From the NCBI GenBank assembly GCA_002633005.1, contig NMRA01000538.1, positions 1 to 64,000 on the forward strand: 64,000 bases of DNA, read 5' to 3'. The position numbers and the translations under genes are program-made. Positions 51,998 through 64,000 of this stretch are shown one piece after another. The notes below the pieces were generated by a model. It saw only the letters and a program-made list of their open reading frames with translations. It was not told the origin of the DNA and searched no databases. The stretch is from Phoronis australis (taxonomy: Eukaryota; Animalia; Phoronida). Each line of letters opens with the position of its first letter. Position 1 is the first letter of the stretch.

Positions 51998-52801
51998 TGG
52001 TGAGAGGTTTCCTAGTCGGTTAGTAGCCTCCATGTCTACGATTACCACCACCTTGCAACGCCTATACCTCGGTGGCTGAAGATTTTTGTGTTTTATACTC
52101 ATGTTGAAAAGGATGAATCATGTTTTCTAGGATAGATGAACCTCCATGAAAGTGCTGCAATTCCAAGGGAGATAATTTTCACATTTATTGCAAGAACAAA
52201 ATCGAGTTGTCATTTTGTTCTTTTTTCTTGTTTTGTTTTGTTTTCTAGTCTTTGCATGATATTCGGCAAAAATAATGTGGTGGGCATGAAATATTGTTTC
52301 CGTTTCATAGGCCTAAGCGTTGGCATCAAAAATGTGAACTTCATATGGTTGAAAAGACAATTCTAATTAAATTAATGATTGAACACGTTTTAAAAACAGA
52401 TTATATACGTTGTACGATGTCAGATTTGTGTTTTAGCGGCTTTAATTATATTTTCCTTTTTTCTGGATTTTGAGGACCTCTAATTTTAGCGTTTTGCCTT
52501 CTACTCAAACGTTTGACAGTTAATATTTATTTGATGGCCGTCGTATTTTCTATGAAACAAGGGAAAAAATAAGGGGTCGCCAATTCCTTTGTGAACTACT
52601 TTAGCTCAAACAACGTCATATCACTGATCAGAATGCGAAATGTGACCATCTCAAAAACCCGTCAATTTCAAAGTCACGATTAGGCGCTGCATTTCACTAG
52701 ATGGAGATTATGTCATGTCATGTCATGTCATGTTATGGTGTTGAGAATGTGAAACAAGTTTAAGTGACGTGAACAATCTGAGATAAGAATTTTCTTCTTT
52801 A

Positions 52802-53985
52802 ATAAATATAGATTATTACATGGCGAAGTCGTTATCCCCCGTTATCTAGAGCCCGAGTGGATTTTGGAGAATTATCGCCCGAGGGTTATAATTCTACAAA
52901 ATCCACGAGGGCTCTAGATAAGGGGGATAACGACTGAGAACATGTAATAATCTATTTATACCACATACTAAACGAGAAACATTGCAATGAATCGATTTAC
53001 CTTCTCTGACTCTCCACGGCTTTGTAACTACTTTCTATGTCAGAGGCCCAGGGTCGGAGGTCGTGACCTTTTCAGAAAAGCCGGGCTATTTTTGTCAAAT
53101 AATGCTTTTACTCAAAACCAATTGAAAACTTAAATATAATAGAAATAAATTGAATTAAACAACTATTATAGCTTAAAACACGTTTTTTTCATGCTAAGCT
53201 TCGACCGGGAAATTATCGTCTGCTAAAGTAGGTTACCACTGGTAACTGAATATAATTCTCAAGTCAAAGATCCTGACGACACGATACCCGCATTCAAACT
53301 GTAGAGTGGTGATTTACAAGTAAGAGGACATGAGAGAAAATTTTCACTGAATTAAGATATCATTTTTATGGAAATTATGTGTCTTATTTTTCGTAGCGTA
53401 TAAGTCCAGTACAATGCGGTTTGTTGAACGTGCGATTATTGCGCGTGCTCATTTAAGTATTCTATTTTCACTCTTTTTACGTCAGTCGCTGCATGGTGTA
53501 GTGGTAAAGTCGGTGAGCAGCAACACTAGGGTCCTGGGTTCGACTCCGTCCTCGGTTTCCCGCCAAATCGATATCTCACTAGTGAGATAACTTTATGGGT
53601 TATTACACGGTTGTATCTGCCATTTGACGCTAATATTGTGGTATGTTATCGTCAAATGGCAGATACAACCGTGTAATAACCCATAAAGTTATCTCACTAG
53701 TGAGATAACGATTTGGCGGGAAACCGAGGACGGAGTCGAACCCGGGACCCTGAAATTGCTGGTCGCCGACTTTACCACTACACCATGCAATATTGTGGTA
53801 TATTAGTGAATTTTTAACGCCCCTCGAGCGACAATTCTCCAAAATCCATTTTCAACGCCCCTCGAGCGATAATTCTCCAAAATCCATTTTCAACGCCCCT
53901 CGAGCGATAATTCTCCAAAATCCACTCGGGCTCTAGGTAACGGGGGATAACGACTTCGCCATGTAATAATCTATATATACCACAC
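52802..53985. mobile_element. Foldback, Crypton-like non-autonomous element complex
   Basis: Hairpin 52803-52959; about 80-bp inverted copy at 53897-53977; 38-bp tandem x3 at 53811-53924; TATACCACA/TGTGGTAT boundary motifs. Family assignment is by resemblance only. Confidence 0.55.
53490..53790. repeat. 300-bp palindrome with a tRNA-derived (A/B box) head on each arm
   Basis: Arms 53490-53632 and 53646-53788; each starts GCATGGTGTAGTGGTAAAG (A box) then GGTTCGACTCC (B box). Confidence 0.9.
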
Positions 53986-55459
53986 CATGGGTTTGCCTAT
54001 CATTTAGTATGACGCCATTGTGAAATGTGACGTAGTGCACCACTACTAACCCCCAGATAACAAAACCTCAAGACAAAATCAACATTTTCGAAATTACATA
54101 ATCTGTTACTTGAAATAAAGGACAAATTTAAGTGTTTTACATGTTAGTCAATGCCGTAAAACAACGACTACAACAGCGGACGCAATTCGCGGTAAAACCC
54201 TCAAAGCATCAGTACTCTTTTACATTACCAGGGGTGCATCCTGTTGAAGCAATGACCATTGAGCTTCATTATGTCTACGTTGTTGCCTTGTGTAGCTAGG
54301 AACGCTAAGTCGCCATATAATGTAAGTGCCTACCTTCCCCAGGAAGGATCAAATTTCTTAAACATCTTTTTAAGACATTTTCCTCGATGATTGCAAAATC
54401 TTGTTGGCTGCGTGCACCAAAATAATGTTCTGGTGCTCGTAATCGTGTAACTGCGTTTTCCGTAGTTTTAACAAACCCGATTTTTGCGTATGAAATTCGC
54501 TTGTGATGGCTGGTATCTCTGTTGCTTGAGAGTAAATCAAGACGTGCGCATTTTGACAGTAGAAATATATAGTTCAAACACAAAGCTTATCAAAGTTTTT
54601 TTTTTGAAGCAAAGTAAACGTGATAGTTTTCGCGAAAAATCGACAATGTTTTAAAATTTAACAGACAGCGAGAATTTAATCTTTCATTGGATGGAATTGA
54701 AGAGTTCAAAGGTTTTGTTGAAATCTGAAAGGACCTCACGAACGCTGACCGTTGAGCATTGGACTGAAATGAACAGTTATTTGGTTTGCTGATTACTGTT
54801 TTTTGTGTGATTTTCAACTTCATTTTTTCTTCAAATTTCGCCATGCAAACTACATAATGCAAAGTGAAAGCTAACCACGGCTTCATTAGAAAAACGCTGG
54901 ACTCTGGCAGTTTGATTTCAATTACAAATTTCTTCAGTTCCTGTTTTCCGAGTAATTGCTACAAGGTTATGCCTTTTTCATTTCTACCAGCAAATCAGTT
55001 TTTCAGAATTTTTGTGTCCATCAACCACCATAGCCTTGAAGAATGTAGTCGTGCGCCAGGTTTGTTAATCTTAAATCATTTTTGTCATTTGATGACGACG
55101 AAGAAGAATTGGCACCACTTCAGTTTTGAAAATGCTGATTAGTGAAGTTGGTTGAAATCAAATGCACGAGGAGTCAACTTTTCAACACCTTACTTGGTTT
55201 TGGTGGATTAAATATTTAGAGCAGATCTTAACTGCAAACGCTCACACGTCAAAACAAAAAGAAAGACTCTGGGACAGTTTTTTAAATCATGTTCCAAAGT
55301 TAGTAAAATTTTGATTGTCGTTCAAAACCACATTCTAATGAGGCTAAAAACGTTTCTAAAATTATTTTTCGTTGAAAGCAAACGGAACTATTCGAAAGAC
55401 AAAACTGATCTGTAAACCTTCACACCACACGTATAAACACGTATCTTTTTGTCTTAAAG

Positions 55460-55556
55460 GTGTTCCAAAAGCGACAGGATGGTTCCGTGGAATTCTATCG
55501 TGGCTGGTCTGACTATAAGAATGGATTTGGCAACCTCCAAACTGAATTCTGGTTAG
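55460..55556 (+). CDS. PAN-FReD exon 3
   Basis: [32 protein letters not shown](G); aag acceptor, gtaagt donor, phase 1. Confidence 0.97.
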
Positions 55557-56674
55557 GTAAGTACAACACGAGATTACCCATGAACACACGCCAATATCGA
55601 TGTCAAGTGTTCGGTGACCTCGATGAGTTTAGAGATGCAGCTAATTCGAATTATAACAATCGCTGAATGTTGTAAGCAACGTACTTCACGTTCTTAGGAA
55701 GCGTTCACATGTAACGTCATCACTCGAGGGGATAGGGTTTGGAAAGATGACGATTTGTGACAAGTGGAGGGGGTTATGGTCGTGGTGACGTCAGCGTGTG
55801 GTTTCTTAGAATATTTCCATCACAGTACCTATCGTTGGAAAACTGGTTCACTTTATAGCGGAATTGACTAATTCCAACTGAAAACAGGAACCAGCGTTTC
55901 ACGCTTGGTCAACTACCTAAAGTATATATTTTCTGATAAGAAAGAAGATCAAGGATTACAAAAAGTTTTTATATTCACGTGCCATTAGTGTTACTGCTTT
56001 ACCTCAAAAACGCAATTCGATTGCTCATTTAATTTGGTTTCTATGCCAAATTAAGTGGCGAAACGAAAGTTATTTTTTTGGTAAAAAATAGCAGTCGTAT
56101 TCGTCCATCTTACGGTACGCAAAAACTTGGCGTTTAAAGCGAAATAGCTTATAGGGTTTTTGAGATTGATGAATTAATATTGTAATTGGAAAGTTTCAGT
56201 GAAATCCACACAACCATTTTCAAGAACTCGTGCCCCTAAGTTCAAATTTGGTCGATTTGTCTAACTCGAGAAAAAAACGAAAACGTTCATATTCGACAAC
56301 TCGTTCCAGGAGTGACATTGGGCACGAGGAACACCATAAAGCACCGGGTCTTTTATAACTCCTAGGGATTCAAGTAAATACCCGGGTCGCTTATACGTAC
56401 ACAATCGAACGGGTACTGTTTTAGTTAGGACTGTCGCTGTTCTCTTTTGAAGTGCGATTTTGGAGTGGGGAGCAATCGCGTCATTAATGCCAACACAAAA
56501 AACGGATTTGGTCGTTTGGACAATTGAAGCCTATTTTAAATACAACAAATTTGTTACGAACTGATTACACAAAATGTAAAAAGTGTAATAAGCATTACAA
56601 AAAGAAGTAGGTTTCGCGCGCAAACGCTGTGGACCATAAACAAGTAGGTATCTTAGACTCAATGTACGAGTGAA

Positions 56675-56745
56675 ATCGCGGTGGTGCAGTGGTAAAGCAC
56701 GCTCGCTGTAAACGCCAGGTCGTGAGTTCGAGTCTGTGGTGATGC
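56675..56745 (+). repeat. Degenerate tRNA-like/SINE head
   Basis: A box TGGTGCAGTGG and B box GAGTTCGAGTC at tRNA spacing, CTGTAAA loop; stems do not pair properly. Confidence 0.45.
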
Positions 56746-57112
56746 AGTTTTTCAAGTTTGAAACGTTCTCCGTGTTTTTTTTCTTGGATAATACTTCAGG
56801 AGTCAAGGAAAATGCTTGATTTTTAGAGGAAAAAACAGAAACATTTTCTTGAGCGGTGCTATGCGCATCTACAATTGTGCTTTGCGCAAATGTTTACAGA
56901 GAAAATGTTGCCCCCCTTGTGATATCCTAGATCCGCCATTGTGTTAGAGTGTACGAACTGTTAGAAAAAAACACCGTAACGTTTTCTAGGGTACGTCTGT
57001 GTGTGGACGGCACTTATGTTCCGAAGGTATTGTTTTACACATAACAAAAGGTGCACATGGCATCACAATCACGACTATAACACATGGTCTCGACTTTTGT
57101 ATGACACCTTAG

Positions 57113-57277
57113 GTAATGAAAACATCCACAGGCTGACACAACAAACTTTATACAATCTACGTGTGGACTTGGAAAACTGCGATGGTGTTAAAAGATACGC
57201 CTGTTATGGTAAATTTGCTATCGCTTCAGAGGCACAGAAATATGAACTGACCATCTATAATTATTCAGGAGACGTCG
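57113..57277 (+). CDS. PAN-FReD exon 4
   Basis: (G)NENIHRLTQQTLYNLRVDLENCDGVKRYACYGKFAIASEAQKYELTIYNYSGDV(G); tag acceptor, gtaagt donor, phase 1. Confidence 0.97.
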
Positions 57278-57539
57278 GTAAGTTTCCTTTTACAACACTG
57301 GAGCCATTCAAGTGTTGCATAGAAATAATAGGCCTGCAATCGATGAAAATAAGAAAACAGGATTTAATATCCATTAAATTTACACTCTTTGACCAGCTGA
57401 TAGGAGGCTGGTGTCGTTTGAACAACTGTGAAGAAGTTGTGGATGTGCAACTTGCTTTAATAGATATTCCAGGTACAGTCACGTCATTTAGAGGAAACAG
57501 AAGATCATGGGTCACCTAAACCAAACGTTAAGTGATATT

Positions 57540-58480
57540 CGTTGCCATGTTGTTCGGAGGAAAGTAATCCTGCTGTAAAACAACTGCGCGTGCCATCGAC
57601 ATTGCTTGGAAATGCTATTCCATACACTCCGCTAAGATCATATCTTTCAATTTCGCCAAGCAATTCTGATCTGCCATATCATGTAAGCTGACTTGGAAAT
57701 TAATCCCCAAGAACATGAAATTTGTTTTGGTCCATGATGACTGTTCCCTGACAGGATTTTTTCAGCACTGTTCTCCATGTTGCCAAATCAAATGGCTTTT
57801 GTTTTTTCTACATTGACCCTGAGGCCTGAGAAATGAGCAAACAGATTTAGAACATTTAAAGCAGACCGTAAAGACGACTCTGAGCCATCTAAAATAATAG
57901 AGGTGTCATGAGAGCCAAAATTTCCACTCAAATAATAAATAGATAAGAAGATAATGGGTCACCTTGTCTGACTCCTCCCTGAATATTAAACCAACGACAA
58001 GGTTGGCCTTTAACCATAACACATGATTTGATATTTTTGTAGAAAAATATGACCCATCTCTTAATTGACCACCCAAAATTAAAAAAGGTAAAGCTTTTTC
58101 AGTAAAACTCCAAGACAGAGAGTCAAAGGCTTTTTCAAAACCTATAAGAAGTAGTAGCCCAGGTATTTGGATCTTCTGGGTATAATAGAATAGATCGTAT
58201 AGCACACACATGTTAAAAGCCAAGTTCCTTCCCGGGATGTAGCCACTCTGATCCTTATGAATAATTTTTCCTAGCACAGCCTTAATGCCTTCCGCAATTG
58301 CTGCAGATTTTGTAGGTTACACTGAGAAGAGAAGTAGGACGCCAGTTTTTTAGAAAATGTTTACTCTTTCTGAGTGGATGGTAGTTGACCCACAGCGAAG
58401 CTGGTATTTATAGATCGGAATACAAAAATACCTATATCATCCCAAAAGAATTTAAAAAATTCAATGGCAAACCCATCAGA
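57540..58480 (-). mobile_element. Tx1/L1 RT fragment
   Basis: LGKIIHKDQSGYIPGRN..GLLLLIGFEKAFDSLSWSF; also GLPLNF/FSGLRVNVEKTKAI-like segments; disrupted. Confidence 0.85.
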
Positions 58481-59259
58481 ATTGATTCTTAGTCGAATTA
58501 ATTGCAGTTGCCAGCTTTGTACGGGTGTGTGTTTCTGATGTCTGGGGGCTTAAAATAAGGGTTACTCGCGTGCTGTAATAGTGCACAGAGCCGCCGTGCG
58601 TGTGCCCGAAGTATTTCCAGTATAAATCACAATAAACTCTGCAAGACTTTCGAGGTGTGACAACAAGAATCTTCGCCCCGGGTGTCACCCACGCTAGGTA
58701 CGCCACTGTGTTGTTTGATAGGTTGTCGAAAGTGGTTCTAAGAATGGAGATGAAATGATATTAAAGTCCAGACTATTGCTGGTATTCGGCACTGCAGGGC
58801 CACGTGTCAGTACGTATAAAGAATGACCAATGTAATCGTAGAGGGTTTTGACTAATTTTGCCGGGAAATAGCTGTTGGTCGAAAACCGTCGACCAAAAAT
58901 GTCAAAATGAAAATGAAGCAATGAAATTAGGTTTGGTTGGTGAATTTTAGACATCCAAATATCAGCAAAAATAAGACTAATACTGGTCTTACATTTCAAC
59001 CGAGCGACGTTGCGCCCTAATTGTGAGGACTTTCACTAGCGACTGCCGAGGTGCTGTTCGGCTGATGACGTAATCTTAAAAGCAGTTACGGGGACACGTA
59101 TGATAGCCACGTCAACACTGCAACACATTCATTTGACACTAGTGGTATAAGCATTTTGGATTGCAAGGAAAGTTGGTTCAAACGTGGTGTTATGGAATTC
59201 ATCTACGAACGTGCTAAATACCTTCTTTGAATCACCAAGGCGAATTAAGATTCAACTCT

Positions 59260-61735
59260 CCAGGACTTGGAACCGCACGCTGTGTTTCATTCCACCTTTG
59301 GAAAAAAAAACGACTTTGACGCTATGTCCTTTTTCACTCTTGGTCAACAAACTTCTTTTCATCACTCATTTCTTAATAGAGACCCCTTAGACGATCTTTG
59401 GTCATATTTCAAAGCCCTCTTCAACTTGGCTGTAGACCAGTTCGTTCCACAGAAAATGACAGAATCCAAACACAAGTATCCACATGCGCTCACCCAGCCT
59501 AAAATATAGGGGGGCTCGAATTTTCGGTGTGCGTATCTTTTACTGAAAAAAATCAACGAGGAGTAAAAAAACAAATAAGAACGGGGCCACTAGGTTCAAG
59601 CCTACGGATTGTGCATCCGCGCCGAATTCCTGTAGGCTTTGTGGACTTTTATCTCGCTTACTCGGACTTTTTGTTCCGCTGAGTCGAACCTTTTTGCCCA
59701 ATTCGCCAAATTGGGGGGCTCGCCCCCTGGGTGCGCCCATGATCCATCTATCGGATACAGCCTGAAGAAGCTCATCCGTATAAAGGACAGAGCCTTCAAG
59801 AAGAGGAAGTCTACAAATCATGACTACTACCGCGCCTCTTTCTTGTCGATCCGTCACCAAGTACAAAACTTTAGCAACAAATCATGTTGGAAATACGTCA
59901 ACAGCCTTATCGATCCTGAAGATAAGGGTGATCCGAAGCGCCTCTACATTTGTCAAAAGTCTCAATCGACAACCTTCCCAGTTGGTCCCGTTGCAACACA
60001 ACGGCCGACTTTCCACCCTGTCATTTGATAAAGCAAAACTTCTCAATAACCAATTTTGCTTATTCTTTGCTACTGAAGACAGCTATTTAAGTCCATACCA
60101 AGGAGAAAGTCCTCATGAAACCATCACAGATCCTATCATTGACATCAATAGGGTTGAAAAACTGCATTCCACTCAGAACCTATACAAGTCTCCAGGTCAG
60201 ACAATATCTTCCCTATAGTTCATCCGGAAATATTAGTCCTTATAGCTCCCTTTCTGCCTCCGTATCATCTAGTCTCTTTCCAGCAGATTGGTGCAATGCC
60301 AGTGTCGCCCCAGTTTTCAAAAAAAGGAAATAAACACAAAGTAGAAAATTACAAACCTACCTCCCTTACTTGAATATGCTGCAATACTCTTGAAAACATC
60401 ATCGTGAGCTACTTTATGAAACGTCTTGAAAACACCAATGTCCTTTACAAATCGCAAAACGGCTATTGGTCAAACAGATCGTGTGAATCTCAACTTTTCA
60501 CTTTCACAGACTACCTCTTTCTCAAGACAGACTGGGACACCCAGTCCGATGTCATCATTATGGATTTTAGTAAAGTTTTTGACAAATAACCTCACTCTAG
60601 ACTTGTTGACAAAATTTATTTCTTTGTTTGCTTTCTTAACAAAAGAACTCAGTATTTTATGGTAGAGGTCGAATCATCTACTATCTGGGGTTTCTCAGGG
60701 GTCTGTCCTTGGATCAACTCTCTTCGTCCTCTTTATCAACGAGCTGCCTTAAAACATTTCTTCCAATATCCGCCTCTATGCAGATGACTGCATACTTTAC
60801 CGCTCCATCCAGTACCAAGAAGACTGCACCTCATTTCAACAGGATATCAACAATCTTGCTCTTTGGAAATCAATGTGGGGTATGCAGTTCAATGCATCGA
60901 AGTGCAATGTTCTTCATGTTCATCGGAAAAAGAAACCTATCCTCCAAGACTATTTTCTTCATAGCTCGCTTCTGTCACGCCGTGTCTGAGACCAAATATC
61001 TCGACATTACCATCTCTAACAATCTCCCTTTTAATTCTCGCATTAATGCAACTGCTGCTTCTGCTAGTAAGACCCTTGGATTTCTTAGACGAAACGTCCG
61101 ACACAATCTTCAGAAAATTAAGGAAATAGCTTATGCTACTCTAGTCCGACCAAAATTACAGTACTGCTCAACAATATGGTCACCACACACAAAAGCTCTC
61201 ATAAGATTGAAATGATGCAGCGACGAGCTGCAAGATTTATCCTTAATAAATATCACAATACTTCTTCTGTCAATAGTGAAATGATCGAATAATTAAACTG
61301 GCAAACCCTTGAATTCCGCTGCTACTTCTCCAAACTTTCTATATTCTATTAAATTGTTCATCAAACCATTGCCATCCATTCCCATTACCTATTTGTATTT
61401 TTCCATTAGTACCCCACACGCAGATGCCACAGTACGTACTTCATGACACTTCAGTGTCGCAACGCATACCTGCAAAATTTCTTCTCTACAACAGTCTTCT
61501 GGAACAACCTATCTGCCCACGTCATTGGAGCTGCCTCTCTGGATCACTTCCAGAAAGCAATCCTCTCATGTTAGTCAACATTGCACTTCGTGCACATTGT
61601 ATTGCCCCTCACACTGCACTAATGTACATACAAATATCACCACTGCCTTTTTAATTTTCGTAACATGCTCAACTTCAGAATACTCGACTTCGAATGCGAA
61701 GTGTTTCAAGATAGATAGAGATAGAAACAGAAATT
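59260..61735 (+). mobile_element. CR1/L2-like (jockey-annotated type) LINE ORF2, degenerate
   Basis: KAKLLNNQFC, FPADWCNASVAPVFKK, RSCESQL..DVIIMDFSKVFDK, GVSQGSVLG, LYADDC, KTLGFLRRN..AYATLVRPKLQYCSTIWSP; (AGAT)n-like tail at about 61709-61731. Confidence 0.9.
59483..59741. mobile_element. Second CATG-ended MITE family (259 bp), 5-bp TSD ATCCA
   Basis: CATGCGCTCACCCAG..CTGGGTGCGCCCATG; ATCCA at 59478-59482 and 59742-59746; removal restores LINE frame KHKYP|SIGYSLKKLIR; a related fragment lies at about 50795-50890. Confidence 0.8.
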
Positions 61736-62450
61736 ACGTCATCACCCCGGCAGTTGCTAAGGAAAGTCCTTGCGATAACGACGTTACGTCGCTCAGTTAA
61801 AATTCAGTCCAGTATTAGATTTTTTGCTAACGTTAGGCTTGATTTGATAACAACAACACTCGATCAAAACAGTCGAGCAGACAACTGGAAATTCACAAAC
61901 TCTCGCGGCTATTCTCGGGTTCATAAGATCTAATAATAGAATACATTGGTCACGTGCGGCAGTTGGCATTGGAATAAGTTCTGCGCTCGCAAGAACGGGT
62001 AGAACAGCAGTCCATGAATAGACATGACGTTCTCAGGTTTCAACTGTGTCGCGAACCAAGCTCAAGTTTGCCAAATGAGGGAACAGCGTCTCTAAATGTA
62101 AATTAACAGTTGTACTATTCGCTTTAAAAATATTCTTCTAGTTGATATTGTTCGTGGAGAGTCATAAAAATTCAAGTATTTTGACGAGAAGAGCTTTTCT
62201 GGGGCATAGATAGTTCAGGTGGTAGGCTCTTTTACCCGAAGAAGAGAATAATAGTTTCTGCGAGATCAGTGATGATCGCAACCCGTGCAGTGTGACTCAC
62301 AAGTTATTACTTGAAGTCAATTCCTGCATGAAATTTCATCTGGCGCAGGTCAAATGAGCTGTTGCCGGTGAATCAGGAGTGTGACAGAAATTATTATGAA
62401 TACCAATTTACTTACACATGATTAATACACTGCACCACGTCGTGTTTCAG

Positions 62451-62713
62451 GTGATAGCCTCATATATCATAACGGACGGAAATTCACCACTAAGGATTCT
62501 GATAACGACACGTACAGTACCAAAAATTGTGCTGTCAAATCTGTTGGTGCCTGGTGGTACGGTCGTTGTCATCACTCTAACCTGAACGGTCGGTACAACA
62601 AAATCATGGGCAGAGAAACCTCCAACTCATGGAAAGGCTTTAAATGTCGCTGGGACTCCCTGAAGAAAACGAGCATGAAGATCAGACCCGCCACGTTCAA
62701 CCCCAAACCATAA
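62451..62713 (+). CDS. PAN-FReD exon 5 (terminal)
   Basis: (G)[76 protein letters not shown]; tttcag acceptor; spliced CDS 996 nt. Confidence 0.97.
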
Positions 62714-62800
62714 ACTCGAGCGTACCACATATAGGAGCAGCCGACCGCACATTTATAGCCATGTATTTTTGTATTTGAAAATACAGTCCTTTTTGATTAA

Positions 62801-63566
62801 GTGGCACAGAACGTGAAAACAGACTAAACTGCATTATTCTAAGCGGTTTGCTGTCACTGAAACACAAGTGAAACTGTTCACCATTTTTACGGTTTGTTAG
62901 TAAAGATTCTGATTTGATAGTGATATCAAAGCATTTTCCTTAACTTTCAAATTTCAAAAAAGCAGCTGTCCTGTCAACTACTCGACAGGCTTCGTCGACG
63001 TTTCTCCTACACGGCAAAGCATGCCTCCATATTTCGTATGTCAAGGCGTAGTAGCACCTTTCCTTTGTAAGAAAAACGTGACATATATATTTGATGTAAA
63101 CAAAACAAAGGTGTTTTCAAGCAGCAGCCACTCCGACCTCTTTGAGATCCTGCCTGCATGTACATGTAAATGTAAATGTGGGCGGAGAATTTGAAAACTG
63201 TATTAGAATAAAAGAATTTATATTTCGTACTGTAAGAACTTTGCAGGCTTGAATCCGATTTTTCTCCTACACGGCAAAGCATGTCTTCTTATTTGGTATG
63301 GCAAGACATAGACGCAGCACCATAACTTGATGTGGAAAACGTGACCTTTGATGTGAACAAAATACATGGAATTTCAAGCACCAGCTAGTTGGACCTCTTG
63401 AGAGCATACCTGCATACATGTATTTGTGAGCGGAGAAATTGAACACTATTAGAATAAAAGGATTTATATTCCGTCTGTATTTGAAAATAGCATCCCCAAA
63501 AAGTAGATTCGCCAGTCTCTTTAAAGGGTATTTCATTATACGAGTTTTCGTGTTCCACACCTCTTT
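62801..63566 (+). mobile_element. TTAA-flanked MITE with an internal tandem duplication of about 260 bp
   Basis: TTAA|GTGGCACAGAACGTGAAAAC and GTTTTCGTGTTCCACACCTCT..TTAA; units 63001-63260 and 63261-63480 both start TTTCTCCTACACGGCAAAGCATG. Confidence 0.65.
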
Positions 63567-64000
63567 TAAATGCCGTTTCTTATTAGACCGCCTTTCGTAA
63601 AAAAACAAATACTTGCACTATTCATAGTTATAAAACTAATGCTACATTTTTCTTTAATCAGATTAGCTGTGATTCGTTTGTACTGGAGATGAGATTCAAC
63701 AAGTTAGCTTGCACGAGAAGTAATTTTTATGTGTCGAGCATGGTCTCAAAGAGTACCGGTGTCAGGCCCAGAAATCACTGTGAGGAAGGAGCAAGTTGGC
63801 ATCAATTTTGTATCTGGTAGACTACTCTCATAATCGAAACCATCAGCGACACATGAAAACGATTCAGATTTTATTATGTCGCTGGTAACAAAATGGCGTA
63901 TTGCCCATGCTTAGTTCGCCGCTCACTGGCAACAATTTAAGATCTGATGAGCACGGTATTTTTTAAAATCAAAAGCGCTGCAGTTAGGGTTATGTAGAAC

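Noticed and set aside
53484-53560. Functional tRNA gene (also 56675-56745)
   Set aside because: A and B boxes are present but acceptor and anticodon stems do not pair; treated as tRNA-derived heads.
33320-63566. Inverted repeats flanking the whole FReD gene, like a giant transposon
   Set aside because: They are two dispersed copies of one MITE whose shared terminus faces the gene, not outward-bounding TIRs.

Overview
Eukaryotic (animal, probably marine invertebrate/lophotrochozoan; inference) scaffold with one 554-bp N-gap and several single-n joins. The ORF track misses both real genes because they are spliced. (1) POLR2F/RPB6: 4 coding exons, 18411-26093, + strand, 131 aa; its last intron has a non-canonical GC donor. 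(2) A secreted PAN/Apple-fibrinogen (FReD) gene: 5 exons, 35534-62713, + strand, about 331 aa, with a NAGNAG acceptor and extra cysteines. A lone ankyrin-like exon lies at 451-540. Most of the rest is decayed, often nested transposable elements. These include two families of TTAA/AGG..CCT Kolobok deletion derivatives that keep a THAP start at one end and a convergent KolX (P2X7-ballast-like) start at the other, a THAP P-like element with a 7-bp TSD, CATG-ended MITEs with 5-bp TSDs, a pogo HTH remnant, an Ngaro/DIRS YR retroelement with split direct repeats, Tx1/L1, CR1/L2-like and RNase H LINE fragments, Penelope-like ends with hammerhead-like cores, and a Crypton-like foldback containing a 300-bp palindrome with two convergent tRNA-type Pol III promoters. 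No intact autonomous element and no prokaryotic system is present.
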